A stretch of DNA of 64,000 nt from Enterobacter phage phiEap-3. The stretch lies in sequence record KT321315.1, one strand, 5' to 3'. The notes beneath the pieces were generated by a model. It did no database searches and was not told the DNA's origin. It was given only the letters and a program-made list of their open reading frames with translations. The first letter of the stretch is position 1. The number at the start of each line of letters is the position of its first letter. The translations under genes and the position numbers were made by a program. This document shows positions 45,277 to 53,157 of the stretch, piece by piece.

Positions 45277-45434
45277 CCAAAACGTTTTTTCGTGACATAA
45301 CAGAAGGAAAAGTTTATACTGCGAAAAAGGATAAAGAAGGTCTATGGATAGAAAACGATTGGAATCGTGATATGTGGCTCAATCTGACGAATGAGTATAA
45401 CAAAGAACTAATTGAATATGAGATAGTGAAATGA
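45261..45434 (+). CDS. small hypothetical ORF (unlisted, 57 aa)
   Basis: hand translation MQIKITKTFFRDITEGKVYTAKKDKEGLWIENDWNRDMWLNLTNEYNKELIEYEIVK; ATGA overlap with the pseT start. Confidence 0.4.
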   Translation: MQIKITKTFFRDITEGKVYTAKKDKEGLWIENDWNRDMWLNLTNEYNKELIEYEIVK

Positions 45435-46315
45435 ATCTGTTTATGACTATTGGCGTTCCAGGTAGTGGAAAAACTACCTGGGCGCATGAGAAAGCCCGTG
45501 AATTGGGTAATACTGTTACGATCTCTCGCGATGATCTGCGTAGCTCTTTGTATAATGCTGGTAAAGGTGCTGGCGGATACAAATACACCAAAGCTAAAGA
45601 AGAAATGATTGCGGAAATGCAGGATCACGTTGTTATCTCCACTCTGAAAGATGGTAAAAACGTGATCATACACAACACGCATCTGAAAGAAAGTGATAAA
45701 AATCACTGGCGTGAAATTGCATTGGAACACAAAGCAGATTTTCATATCGAATACTTTGATGTGTCCATTGTTGAACTGCTTCGCCGTAACCACAAACGCG
45801 GTCGTGATGCATTACCCGTTTCACGTCTTTGGGAAATGTTTAATCAGTATCGTAAGATCCGTGGGTTCGTACCAGCAATGGAAATTGTCAACCCCCACAA
45901 TCAGAAGTGTGTGATCTTTGATGTTGACGGTACGCTAACAAAAGTAGGGCAACGTAGCCCGTATGACTTTACCAAAGTGATCAATGATCCGCCAAACATC
46001 CCGATTCAGCAACTGTTTCACCTGTACAAAAATGCAGGGTATAAATGCGTCGTTGTATCTGGGCGTGAAGGTAATCCGCAATGCGCACATGATACATGGG
46101 TTAGCCTGTTAAGTTATGGTGTTGAACCGGATGAAATTTTTATGCGTCAAGAAGGCGATACCAGGACAGATTTTGAAGTAAAAGAAGAAATTTTGTTTGA
46201 CAAGATTTTAGATAAGTATTATCCTGTTATTGCAGTGGACGATAGAGACACTCCGGTCGGAATGTGGCGAGCAAACGGGATTCCGTGCTTACAAGTCGAT
46301 TATGGTGATTTCTGA
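45431..46315 (+). CDS. pseT: polynucleotide 5'-kinase / 3'-phosphatase
   Basis: 294 aa; GVPGSGKTTWA kinase P-loop; C-terminal HAD motif VIFDVDGTL; colinear with T4 Pnk. Confidence 0.9.
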   Translation: MNLFMTIGVPGSGKTTWAHEKARELGNTVTISRDDLRSSLYNAGKGAGGYKYTKAKEEMIAEMQDHVVISTLKDGKNVIIHNTHLKESDKNHWREIALEHKADFHIEYFDVSIVELLRRNHKRGRDALPVSRLWEMFNQYRKIRGFVPAMEIVNPHNQKCVIFDVDGTLTKVGQRSPYDFTKVINDPPNIPIQQLFHLYKNAGYKCVVVSGREGNPQCAHDTWVSLLSYGVEPDEIFMRQEGDTRTDFEVKEEILFDKILDKYYPVIAVDDRDTPVGMWRANGIPCLQVDYGDF

Positions 46316-46349
46316 TTGACATCTAATGTGGGTATGTTAAAGTACCCAC
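46316..46349 (+). promoter_or_regulatory. sigma70-like promoter (TTGACA) overlapping a 7-bp stem-loop (promoter-early-stem-loop type)
   Basis: TTGACA at 46316-46321; hairpin GTGGGTA/TACCCAC at 46328-46349; then Shine-Dalgarno AAGAGGA and ATG 46368. Confidence 0.5.
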
Positions 46350-46367
46350 ACAAAAGAGGATTACATT

Positions 46368-46655
46368 ATGAACGTTATTCGTGAAGATAAAGGCATCATG
46401 GTTGAACTTGGCGATCGCATTCGCGTAGAAAATCTGGGCGATTTTAATCAAAAAGTTCGTTTGTTGTGCCAAAAAATTGCTAACAAAATCCAGGAACAGA
46501 GAAAAGCACCAGGCGGGTTTGAAGTTAGCGCCACTCCGGTTTCTCAGTACTCGTACATTGTGTATATTCATGACGTGGATACTAACAGCACCCAATCTTT
46601 CGGGCTGGTGTTAAATCCTATTACTGGCTACGTTACATGGGCGGTTGTATTATGA
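46368..46655 (+). CDS. hypothetical protein
   Basis: 95 aa ORF. Confidence 0.5.
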   Translation: MNVIREDKGIMVELGDRIRVENLGDFNQKVRLLCQKIANKIQEQRKAPGGFEVSATPVSQYSYIVYIHDVDTNSTQSFGLVLNPITGYVTWAVVL

Positions 46656-46903
46656 AAGTAAAAATTATTGATAGAGCGATGATCACGGACGAATCTGTAT
46701 ACCCGGATCCTCGTTATTATGGCGGTGTTTTCGGATACATCAAAGGAACTGATATTGATGTAGTAACAAGTCCGATCGCTGAATATGATATCAACAAAAA
46801 TCAAACAGAAGTTCGCGTTACTACAATCAACGGTTCAGAATATATCGTTGAAGCGACTCCTGATTTTATCAAACAGTTACTAAAGGTGATGAAAGATGCT
46901 TGA
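46637..46903 (+). CDS. hypothetical protein
   Basis: 88 aa ORF. Confidence 0.45.
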   Translation: MGGCIMKVKIIDRAMITDESVYPDPRYYGGVFGYIKGTDIDVVTSPIAEYDINKNQTEVRVTTINGSEYIVEATPDFIKQLLKVMKDA

Positions 46904-47180
46904 TCATCCTGGCTCTATGAGCATGGTTCTCCTGGAAGCATTAAAGGCATATGATATCCCTTGTCATTTCGGTGAAGTAACTGTTAATACTATCGTTGAC
47001 GAAATCGACAACCCAAATACTTTCATTGCTTGTCTTGTTCGAAAATTCACAAGTTGTTTTCGTCCGAGTCCAGAAAAAGTAGTAATTAGTTCTGTTTCTG
47101 CACATCATCGAGTGTTGGATGATGGAAAGATTCAAGTTTACTGGAAAGTTCTTTATCACGTGGTATATCATGAAGATTGA
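46896..47180 (+). CDS. hypothetical protein
   Basis: 94 aa ORF. Confidence 0.45.
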   Translation: MLDHPGSMSMVLLEALKAYDIPCHFGEVTVNTIVDEIDNPNTFIACLVRKFTSCFRPSPEKVVISSVSAHHRVLDDGKIQVYWKVLYHVVYHED

Positions 47181-47676
47181 TGATATTATGTTTATGCTTA
47201 GAGCGGTAAGCGCTTCTAAGTTCTCTCAATGTGTCTCTGTTAATGTCGGTGCTGCGTTGAGAAATGGTAACGGGCGTGTGTTTGTAGGCGCAAATAATAC
47301 GGTTGATCCTAGTCATCGTTGTACAGATCAGTGCAATCACTTATTAGATGATAACGGGAAACTGAGTGAAGAAAAGCGCCCTGAACATTCACAATGGTCA
47401 GATCGCAACGAAGTACACGCAGAAATGCGCGTTATTATGCTGGCGGCGTCTCATGAACAAATCAAAGACGCAACTTTGTATACAACTCATTCCCCTTGCT
47501 CACAATGTGCGAAAAATATCGAATTTTGTGTTGCAACAGGTATGATTAAGCGTGTAGTATATCTACATAAATACGATCGTGGTGGCATCGAGTGGATATG
47601 GCGTCTACAGCAATACGGTGCCGAAGTAGTACAACTTGACCCCGAAGAATTGAATAAACATTTTCGGATCAAATAA
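47170..47676 (+). CDS. cd: dCMP deaminase
   Basis: HAEM and SPCSQCAK zinc-binding deaminase motifs; start moved to MKIDDIM. Confidence 0.85.
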   Translation: MKIDDIMFMLRAVSASKFSQCVSVNVGAALRNGNGRVFVGANNTVDPSHRCTDQCNHLLDDNGKLSEEKRPEHSQWSDRNEVHAEMRVIMLAASHEQIKDATLYTTHSPCSQCAKNIEFCVATGMIKRVVYLHKYDRGGIEWIWRLQQYGAEVVQLDPEELNKHFRIK

Positions 47677-47679
47677 CCA

Positions 47680-48033
47680 ATGAGTAAATGTATGTCTGAA
47701 CTGAGTGTAAAAGCATCCTTTGAATATGTCCTGATTGAAACCAACGCTAAAGCGGCTGGAACTGAAATTGTATCACCTTCTGGTATTGTGACTGGTGTTC
47801 GTCAACACGGCGAGGAACCGATCTACGGCACAGTGTTATCATGTGGGCCGGATGTACCGGAAGAATATAAAACCCTGCTTATGGGTAAGCGCGTACCGCT
47901 TCCTCATGCACAAATGGCAAACGTGCCGGATCCTGAACTGATTGCAGGAAAGGCAACAAAAGAAGAAGCTCGCAAGTATCCGGTTAAATATGTAACCGCA
48001 CACTATAAAGCGATTCAAGCAATTTACGAATAA
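47680..48033 (+). CDS. 31: GroES-like co-chaperonin
   Basis: 117 aa; C-terminal AHYKAIQAIYE matches T4 gp31 CHYKAIPCLYK, with mobile-loop-like region; sits near cd as in T4. Confidence 0.8.
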   Translation: MSKCMSELSVKASFEYVLIETNAKAAGTEIVSPSGIVTGVRQHGEEPIYGTVLSCGPDVPEEYKTLLMGKRVPLPHAQMANVPDPELIAGKATKEEARKYPVKYVTAHYKAIQAIYE

Positions 48034-48043
48034 GAGATCCAAC

Positions 48044-48295
48044 ATGGCTAAACAAATTCAAGCAATCATCGCCGATACCGTCGCAAAATCCAAAAAACTT
48101 TTCGACAAAGGCGACATCCTCGAAGCACCGACCCGCATCGATGTAATGACTTCAATGATCATTGATGCTCACCAGGGAAAACTAAATTCCCGTGCTTCGG
48201 AAGTAATGGAATACATCGTACAGTTCGAGGATGTATGCAAATACGCCAAAGCTGTTGATCCGGCTGTTCGCGAAATCTACCGCAAACAGTTCTAA
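48044..48295 (+). CDS. hypothetical protein (rIII map position)
   Basis: 83 aa ORF next to 31; identity as rIII not verified. Confidence 0.4.
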   Translation: MAKQIQAIIADTVAKSKKLFDKGDILEAPTRIDVMTSMIIDAHQGKLNSRASEVMEYIVQFEDVCKYAKAVDPAVREIYRKQF

Positions 48296-48302
48296 AAATA
48301 TC

Positions 48303-48379
48303 GGCCCCTTAGCTCAATAGGTAGAGCTAATCACTCATAATGGTTAGGTTCCCGGTTCAAATCACGGGAGGGGCCACCA
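48303..48379 (+). tRNA. tRNA-Met/fMet (or Ile2) with CAU anticodon
   Basis: 7-bp acceptor GGCCCCT/AGGGGCC; D-arm GCTC-AATAGGTA-GAGC; anticodon arm AATCA-CTCATAA-TGGTT; T-loop GTTCAAATC; discriminator A and encoded CCA. Confidence 0.75.
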
Positions 48380-48384
48380 AACAA

Positions 48385-48461
48385 GGCAAGGCACTTAGAG
48401 AAGCGGGAGGAACAGAATCAGATTCTGTTGGTTGTAGGTGCAAATCCTACCCTTGCCACCA
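48385..48461 (+). ncRNA. aberrant tRNA-like element
   Basis: perfect 7-bp acceptor GGCAAGG/CCTTGCC plus A-CCA; good T-arm GTAGG-TGCAAAT-CCTAC; weak 3-bp D-stem; the anticodon region folds as a 7-bp/5-nt hairpin or as a 7-nt loop reading CAG without the long variable arm a Leu tRNA needs. Confidence 0.4.
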
Positions 48462-48610
48462 AATTTGGGTGCGTAGCGCAATGCCGTTAAATGGTTCGGA
48501 ATATGCAACCTTATCCACGGGAAAGGCTCTGTTGGTATCCGGTAATAGGTTCCCCGGAATGCGGGGTGAAGTAAAGAAACTTCCAGCCCACTAATTTTAA
48601 TGAGGTTTGT

Positions 48611-48892
48611 ATGAAATTTCGTGAAACTGTGAAATACCATAACGCGGTCGAACATACACAGATTTTTGTTGATATGTCTCCTGCAAAATTCAAAGAACGC
48701 TATGGCATGACATTTAATGAATGGAAAAATGGATTGTCCGATGAGGACTACCGAAAAAACTTCAAATTCAATGAATGTTATGTGGATGATGATCCTTACG
48801 ATCTGGATATTTTTGGTAAAACAACGCCTCTCATTGAGAATTCGCCAGAACAGCTTTACGAATCTTGTATTGACTCTGCATACGAAATTTAA
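48611..48892 (+). CDS. hypothetical protein
   Basis: 93 aa ORF. Confidence 0.5.
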   Translation: MKFRETVKYHNAVEHTQIFVDMSPAKFKERYGMTFNEWKNGLSDEDYRKNFKFNECYVDDDPYDLDIFGKTTPLIENSPEQLYESCIDSAYEI

Positions 48893-48901
48893 AGAGATAA
48901 C

Positions 48902-49324
48902 ATGAAAAATTTACAAAAACTGTTTAAAATGTCTCCGACAATTAGAAAAATCATCGGAGAAAATAGCAATCTAACGAATCGCAACAAAAAGTTGATGGAA
49001 TTTTTTGTAAAAGAGTTCGATGATTTTGATTCTGAACTTCGTAAAGCGCTTGAAGCATATTCCAAACAAGGGTTCTTTGCGTCACCGCAAGTGAATAGTA
49101 AGAAAGAGTATAGCGAACGATTCTTTGATTGGGAGATTGTCAACCTCGTTCGCAGAACAAATGTATCTCCGAGCAATCACCAACTAATTTCTCTTGATAC
49201 TTCGGTATTCTTCATCCAGTATCTTATTAGTGGTGGTTTCAAAAACCCTGCAATTCCGTTTACAAATGAAGCGATTATCAGTGAATTTGATGAATCATTT
49301 GTATACATCAACACAAACAAATAA
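48902..49324 (+). CDS. hypothetical protein
   Basis: 140 aa ORF followed by a terminator. Confidence 0.5.
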   Translation: MKNLQKLFKMSPTIRKIIGENSNLTNRNKKLMEFFVKEFDDFDSELRKALEAYSKQGFFASPQVNSKKEYSERFFDWEIVNLVRRTNVSPSNHQLISLDTSVFFIQYLISGGFKNPAIPFTNEAIISEFDESFVYINTNK

Positions 49325-49330
49325 TCAAAC

Positions 49331-49356
49331 GGCTATCTTCGGATAGCCTTATTTTT
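49331..49356 (+). terminator. rho-independent terminator
   Basis: GGCTATCTTCGGATAGCC followed by TTATTTTT. Confidence 0.65.
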
Positions 49357-49359
49357 GGG

Positions 49360-49932
49360 GTGTCTATGCGCTTTTTAAAGTATGCAAGTTGGATCGTACT
49401 CGTCCCTCTTGACATTATTACTGGAGTATTAGCAATTCTGTTTGCCCCGTTTGTTGTACCGTTCTACAACGAGAAAACAGGGCATCTTCCTAAAGGCTTC
49501 CGGTGGATGGAAACCTTCGATAACCCTATTGATGGTGATGGTGGACATATCCGCCGTTGGGCGTCCATACGCTATCATCTGGGGGATTTTGGGGTATACA
49601 TGCAGCGTGTTGGCTGGTTGTGGAGAAACAAGGCTTATAACTTCGCATATCACGTTTTAGGACGTGAAGCGACAAGCAAATTCAACTGGAAAGGCAACCC
49701 AAAAACAGAAGGTGGGCCGAACCCTGTAAATCATGGGTATCTGCTCATGTGGAACGAATCAGCATGGGGTTTGTACGTTTACAAACCGTGGATACAGATC
49801 CACAAAGTGCAATTCTGTTTGCGCGTTTATGCTGGATGGAAGCTGAAACAAGAAGTTAGCGACCCAGTTAACCTGGATCGTGCAATGCTGGCGTTTCATT
49901 TCAACCCGTTCAGGTATTATGTAATCAAGTAA
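49360..49932 (+). CDS. membrane-anchored hypothetical protein, Trp-rich
   Basis: 190 aa; N-terminal [25 protein letters not shown]. Confidence 0.5.
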   Translation: MSMRFLKYASWIVLVPLDIITGVLAILFAPFVVPFYNEKTGHLPKGFRWMETFDNPIDGDGGHIRRWASIRYHLGDFGVYMQRVGWLWRNKAYNFAYHVLGREATSKFNWKGNPKTEGGPNPVNHGYLLMWNESAWGLYVYKPWIQIHKVQFCLRVYAGWKLKQEVSDPVNLDRAMLAFHFNPFRYYVIK

Positions 49933-49942
49933 AGGTAATACA

Positions 49943-50305
49943 ATGAAAGCATTTCAAATTTTAGAAGGTTTGCATACTGGTACAATCTATCTGGAAGAAG
50001 GTAACGACGTTCGGATCGTAGTATCAAAAACATTAACTATGGATTCTGTGATCGGCAAAGCTCGCGTTACTCCGTTTGCAAAGCGTGAGATCGAGATCGA
50101 ATATCAGCCAACTGTTAAAGTGGAAGGTGGACAACATTTAAACGTTAACGTGTTGCGCCGAGAAACTCTCCTGGATGCGGTTGAACATCCTGAAAAATAT
50201 CCGCAATTGACGATCCGTGTATCTGGTTATGCAGTGCGTTTTAACTCACTGACCCCTGAACAGCAACGCGACGTTATTGCTCGTACCTTTACAGAGAGTC
50301 TATAA
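49943..50305 (+). CDS. grcA: autonomous glycyl-radical cofactor (GrcA/YfiD-like)
   Basis: C-terminal 60 aa [59 protein letters not shown] carries the RVSGY glycyl-radical motif and, from memory, is nearly identical to E. coli GrcA; the N-terminal half is divergent. Confidence 0.8.
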   Translation: MKAFQILEGLHTGTIYLEEGNDVRIVVSKTLTMDSVIGKARVTPFAKREIEIEYQPTVKVEGGQHLNVNVLRRETLLDAVEHPEKYPQLTIRVSGYAVRFNSLTPEQQRDVIARTFTESL

Positions 50306-50574
50306 TGGCAATTGCTGATATCAAGGGTTATAAACCCCATACTGATAAAAAAGTAGAAACAGTAAACCGTATCAAAGATGCTGAAAATGCATTAGGTGCA
50401 ATCCTGGAAGATATCGAACAGCGACTATCAAATTCAGATATTGATTCTCTGATAGAGGAAGAATTAGATGAGGTGCTTGAACGTATCCATCAAGTTCAAC
50501 TGGCGAAAGATCGACTGAAAGAAGCCTCTATGTGGGCGTGTCGTGCGGTGTTCCAGCCCGACGAAAAATATTAA
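50305..50574 (+). CDS. hypothetical acidic protein
   Basis: 89 aa ORF followed by a terminator. Confidence 0.45.
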   Translation: MAIADIKGYKPHTDKKVETVNRIKDAENALGAILEDIEQRLSNSDIDSLIEEELDEVLERIHQVQLAKDRLKEASMWACRAVFQPDEKY

Positions 50575-50579
50575 AAATC

Positions 50580-50610
50580 AAGCCGTTGCCGAAAGGTAGC
50601 GGCTTTTTTC
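50580..50610 (+). terminator. rho-independent terminator
   Basis: AAGCCG...CGGCTT followed by TTTTTCGTTTTT. Confidence 0.55.
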
Positions 50611-50629
50611 GTTTTTACATAAAAAGTTG

Positions 50630-50658
50630 TTGACTCCCTTCTCACATTCCCTTATAGT
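50630..50658 (+). promoter_or_regulatory. near-consensus sigma70 promoter TTGACT-N17-TATAGT
   Basis: -35 TTGACT at 50630-50635; 17-bp spacer; -10 TATAGT at 50653-50658; directly downstream of the terminator at 50580-50610. Confidence 0.6.
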
Positions 50659-50699
50659 TAATCCCGTAGACAAGAAAACACTTTTATGAGGATGACATT

Positions 50700-50993
50700 A
50701 TGAAACGCTCTTACAACATGAATGAACTGGTTTTCTTCAAAACTCGTCGTGAAGCCCGTGCTTACGTTCTGGCGGCTGGTAAAAATACTTCTGCTGCTAT
50801 CGATATGGGTACTGATAAAGCCGTTGGTGCTCGTTGGGCCGCTGTTATCGTTATCGCTGCTCCGGTTACTCCGGTTAAAACTCTGGTACTTGGTGCGCGT
50901 CACACTGAAACTCTTAACACTGCTGCAAGCGGTAGGGGCCACGAAGTTAAAGTGTTCAAGAAGCGTTCTTATCTTTCATGTGCAAGGGGTTAA
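50700..50993 (+). CDS. small Ala/Gly/Thr-rich protein with host-like high-expression codon usage
   Basis: 97 aa; codons dominated by GCT/GGT/CGT/ACT/CTG; ORFs open in all frames across it; strong promoter upstream. Confidence 0.55.
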   Translation: MKRSYNMNELVFFKTRREARAYVLAAGKNTSAAIDMGTDKAVGARWAAVIVIAAPVTPVKTLVLGARHTETLNTAASGRGHEVKVFKKRSYLSCARG

Positions 50994-50995
50994 TT

Positions 50996-51235
50996 ATGGC
51001 ACGATTCATATATAAAGTGGAATACGAAAATACTGAATTATCCGATACCTTTTTGAAGATGATTCGTGACCACGGGCAACGTCTGGAAAGAGTAACGATT
51101 GATACTGCGTTTGATTGTCCTGTTGGGTTGGTTCTAACATTATCTTGCAGCCCTGCAAAAGAATCAGCCCGTGTTGAAATGTTACATAAACTAAATGCAT
51201 TTTATGAAGGTGGTAGTGTATGGCGAGTATTGTAA
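50996..51235 (+). CDS. hypothetical protein
   Basis: start moved to MARFIYKVEY. Confidence 0.45.
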   Translation: MARFIYKVEYENTELSDTFLKMIRDHGQRLERVTIDTAFDCPVGLVLTLSCSPAKESARVEMLHKLNAFYEGGSVWRVL

Positions 51236-51622
51236 AATTTTTCACCGACTCAGTGAAAGAAATTAAAAGCGCTCTGGAACAATGGAACACTCGCTGTGAT
51301 GTATCCATTAAATCAGAGTACGAAACAACTTATGATCGTTATGATCAGGCCCGTGGCTTGCACAATAACCCCCATGAGGTGGAAGTGTGAAATACTACGG
51401 ATTCAAAACGAGTCATTTTGGTAAAGCGTATCGTACAGAAAACATCGATCGCAAACGACCGTACTATGATTCTTTAGTACGCGCGGGACGCAAACGCGCT
51501 CGCCAGGAAGGGAAGAAAGAAGGTGAAGATCGTGGATAATTGGAAAACATGGGTATCAATTATCGTTGGTGTTATCATCGGTCGGGGTTTGTATGATTTA
51601 ATATTTTCGGCGGGGGTTCATT

Positions 51623-52063
51623 ATGGACATTGGTTCTGGTAGTCAGTACCCATCATGCGCATTGAGCAACTTCGCCCCTCATCCATTCACGTTTGACGGG
51701 GTAGAATGTGCATCAATGGAGGGCTTTTTACAAAGCCTTAAATTCAGCAATCCCGATATGCAAGCCCATGTATGTACTCTGGTAGGCAAGGCCGCAAAAT
51801 TCAAAGGCAAAAAGAAAAAATGGTGGACTAACCAGACCCTATACTGGAAAGGTATCCCTATTCATCGTTCCTCTGAGGCGTATCAAATCCTGATTGAAAA
51901 CGCATATAATGCGTTATTCCTTAATGAAGGGTTTCGCCGTGCGCTGGCAGCAACCGGAAAAAGTACCTTGACACATTCAATGGGAAAGAATAAAATAAAC
52001 GAAACTGTACTGACTGAAAGAGAGTTTGTACGCAACTTAACCCGATTGAGAGATCTGTTATGA
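51623..52063 (+). CDS. NADAR (YbiA-like, DUF1768) domain protein
   Basis: LSNFAPHPFTFDGVECASMEGFLQSLKF resembles the NADAR N-terminal consensus. Confidence 0.5.
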   Translation: MDIGSGSQYPSCALSNFAPHPFTFDGVECASMEGFLQSLKFSNPDMQAHVCTLVGKAAKFKGKKKKWWTNQTLYWKGIPIHRSSEAYQILIENAYNALFLNEGFRRALAATGKSTLTHSMGKNKINETVLTEREFVRNLTRLRDLL

Positions 52064-52323
52064 GTGAAAAAGAAAGAGTAGAATGCGTGTTTCTGTTCAA
52101 AGGCGCGATTAATCCATTAGCGTTACTGTATGCGCAACATGCATTACGTTCAACGTTGATTCAGAGTGTTATCTATAAAGCAGGTGTGTATTATGTTACC
52201 ATCGGCGCAAATAACATGGTTGTTATTGAATCCTACGTTAAGGAATGTGCATTAAACGGCGTTGTCTTTGATAAAGTCGATTTTGATGCTGGGGTAGATG
52301 CTGTTTATATGTATAAGGGTTGA
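52060..52323 (+). CDS. hypothetical protein
   Basis: 87 aa ORF. Confidence 0.45.
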   Translation: MSEKERVECVFLFKGAINPLALLYAQHALRSTLIQSVIYKAGVYYVTIGANNMVVIESYVKECALNGVVFDKVDFDAGVDAVYMYKG

Positions 52324-52324
52324 T

Positions 52325-52546
52325 ATGAGTTACGTAGTTTATTTCGATTGTTCGGATCTCGATCCGTTCGTTCTTCAACAGGCAAAGAAATATCATCAGG
52401 ATGTCGTTGGCATTGGTGTAACAAATGATGATATGTTGTGCATCGAATTTGAATATTATCGGACATTTGAGCGTGATTATTTCCTGGGTGAATTGAACGC
52501 ATTCAAAAGTACCCTTTTCTTTGATCGTTATGAGGTTATATCTTGA
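52325..52546 (+). CDS. hypothetical protein
   Basis: start moved to MSYVVYFD (ATGA overlap). Confidence 0.45.
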   Translation: MSYVVYFDCSDLDPFVLQQAKKYHQDVVGIGVTNDDMLCIEFEYYRTFERDYFLGELNAFKSTLFFDRYEVIS

Positions 52547-53157
52547 AACCTGTTATTCTTACCGATATTGACGGGATCGCCGTAAAATGGCAAAGCGGCC
52601 TCCCGTTCTTTTTGTCTAAGCACAACATGCCTACTGATATTGCATTGGAAATGGTTACGGATGAAAAATTTCGTGATATGACTGAAATCTTCGGATGTGA
52701 TCAGCAGTTGGCTAAAATCCTTATGGAAGAATACAATAACAGTTCTTTCATTCGTTATCTGAACGCGTATGATGATGCATTGATTGTGATCAACCGTCTG
52801 AAAACGCAATATGATTTCGTTGCCGTTACCGCCCTGGGAACAACACCAACAGCAAGCCTTAACCGAATTGCTAACCTGAATACTCTTTTTCCTTCTGCGT
52901 TTAAAGAGGTGATGGTCGTGGGCCACGGTGAAACAAAAACTCATCGTTACCTGGAAGCAAAAGCAAAGTATGGTAATCGTCTGGTTTGCTTTGTCGATGA
53001 TCTCGCGATAAACTTAAACGAATGTCATAACGTCATTAGTCAGTTGCCGTTATTCCATATGTTACGTGGTGAACGTGAAGAAACAAATGCACCTCACCAG
53101 TTAGTAAAATCGTGGTTTGAAATTGAAGAGAAACTAAATGATCTTGTCAATCCTTAA
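52543..53157 (+). CDS. HAD-superfamily hydrolase, possibly 5'(3')-deoxyribonucleotidase-like
   Basis: motif I ILTDIDGI (DxDG), 204 aa. Confidence 0.45.
   Translation: MKPVILTDIDGIAVKWQSGLPFFLSKHNMPTDIALEMVTDEKFRDMTEIFGCDQQLAKILMEEYNNSSFIRYLNAYDDALIVINRLKTQYDFVAVTALGTTPTASLNRIANLNTLFPSAFKEVMVVGHGETKTHRYLEAKAKYGNRLVCFVDDLAINLNECHNVISQLPLFHMLRGEREETNAPHQLVKSWFEIEEKLNDLVNP

Noticed and set aside
45314-45793. 159-aa minus-strand ORF
   Set aside because: Antisense to the conserved pseT kinase domain; a shadow ORF.
48462-48600. A third tRNA downstream of the tRNA-like element
   Set aside because: Hairpins are present, but I found no 7-bp acceptor pairing with a T-arm at the correct spacing. I left it as structured RNA of unknown nature.
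48340-48655. ORFs 48340-48594 (+) and 48395-48655 (-)
   Set aside because: They overlap the tRNA and tRNA-like element and the downstream hairpins. The translations are low-complexity and they overlap each other; not coding.
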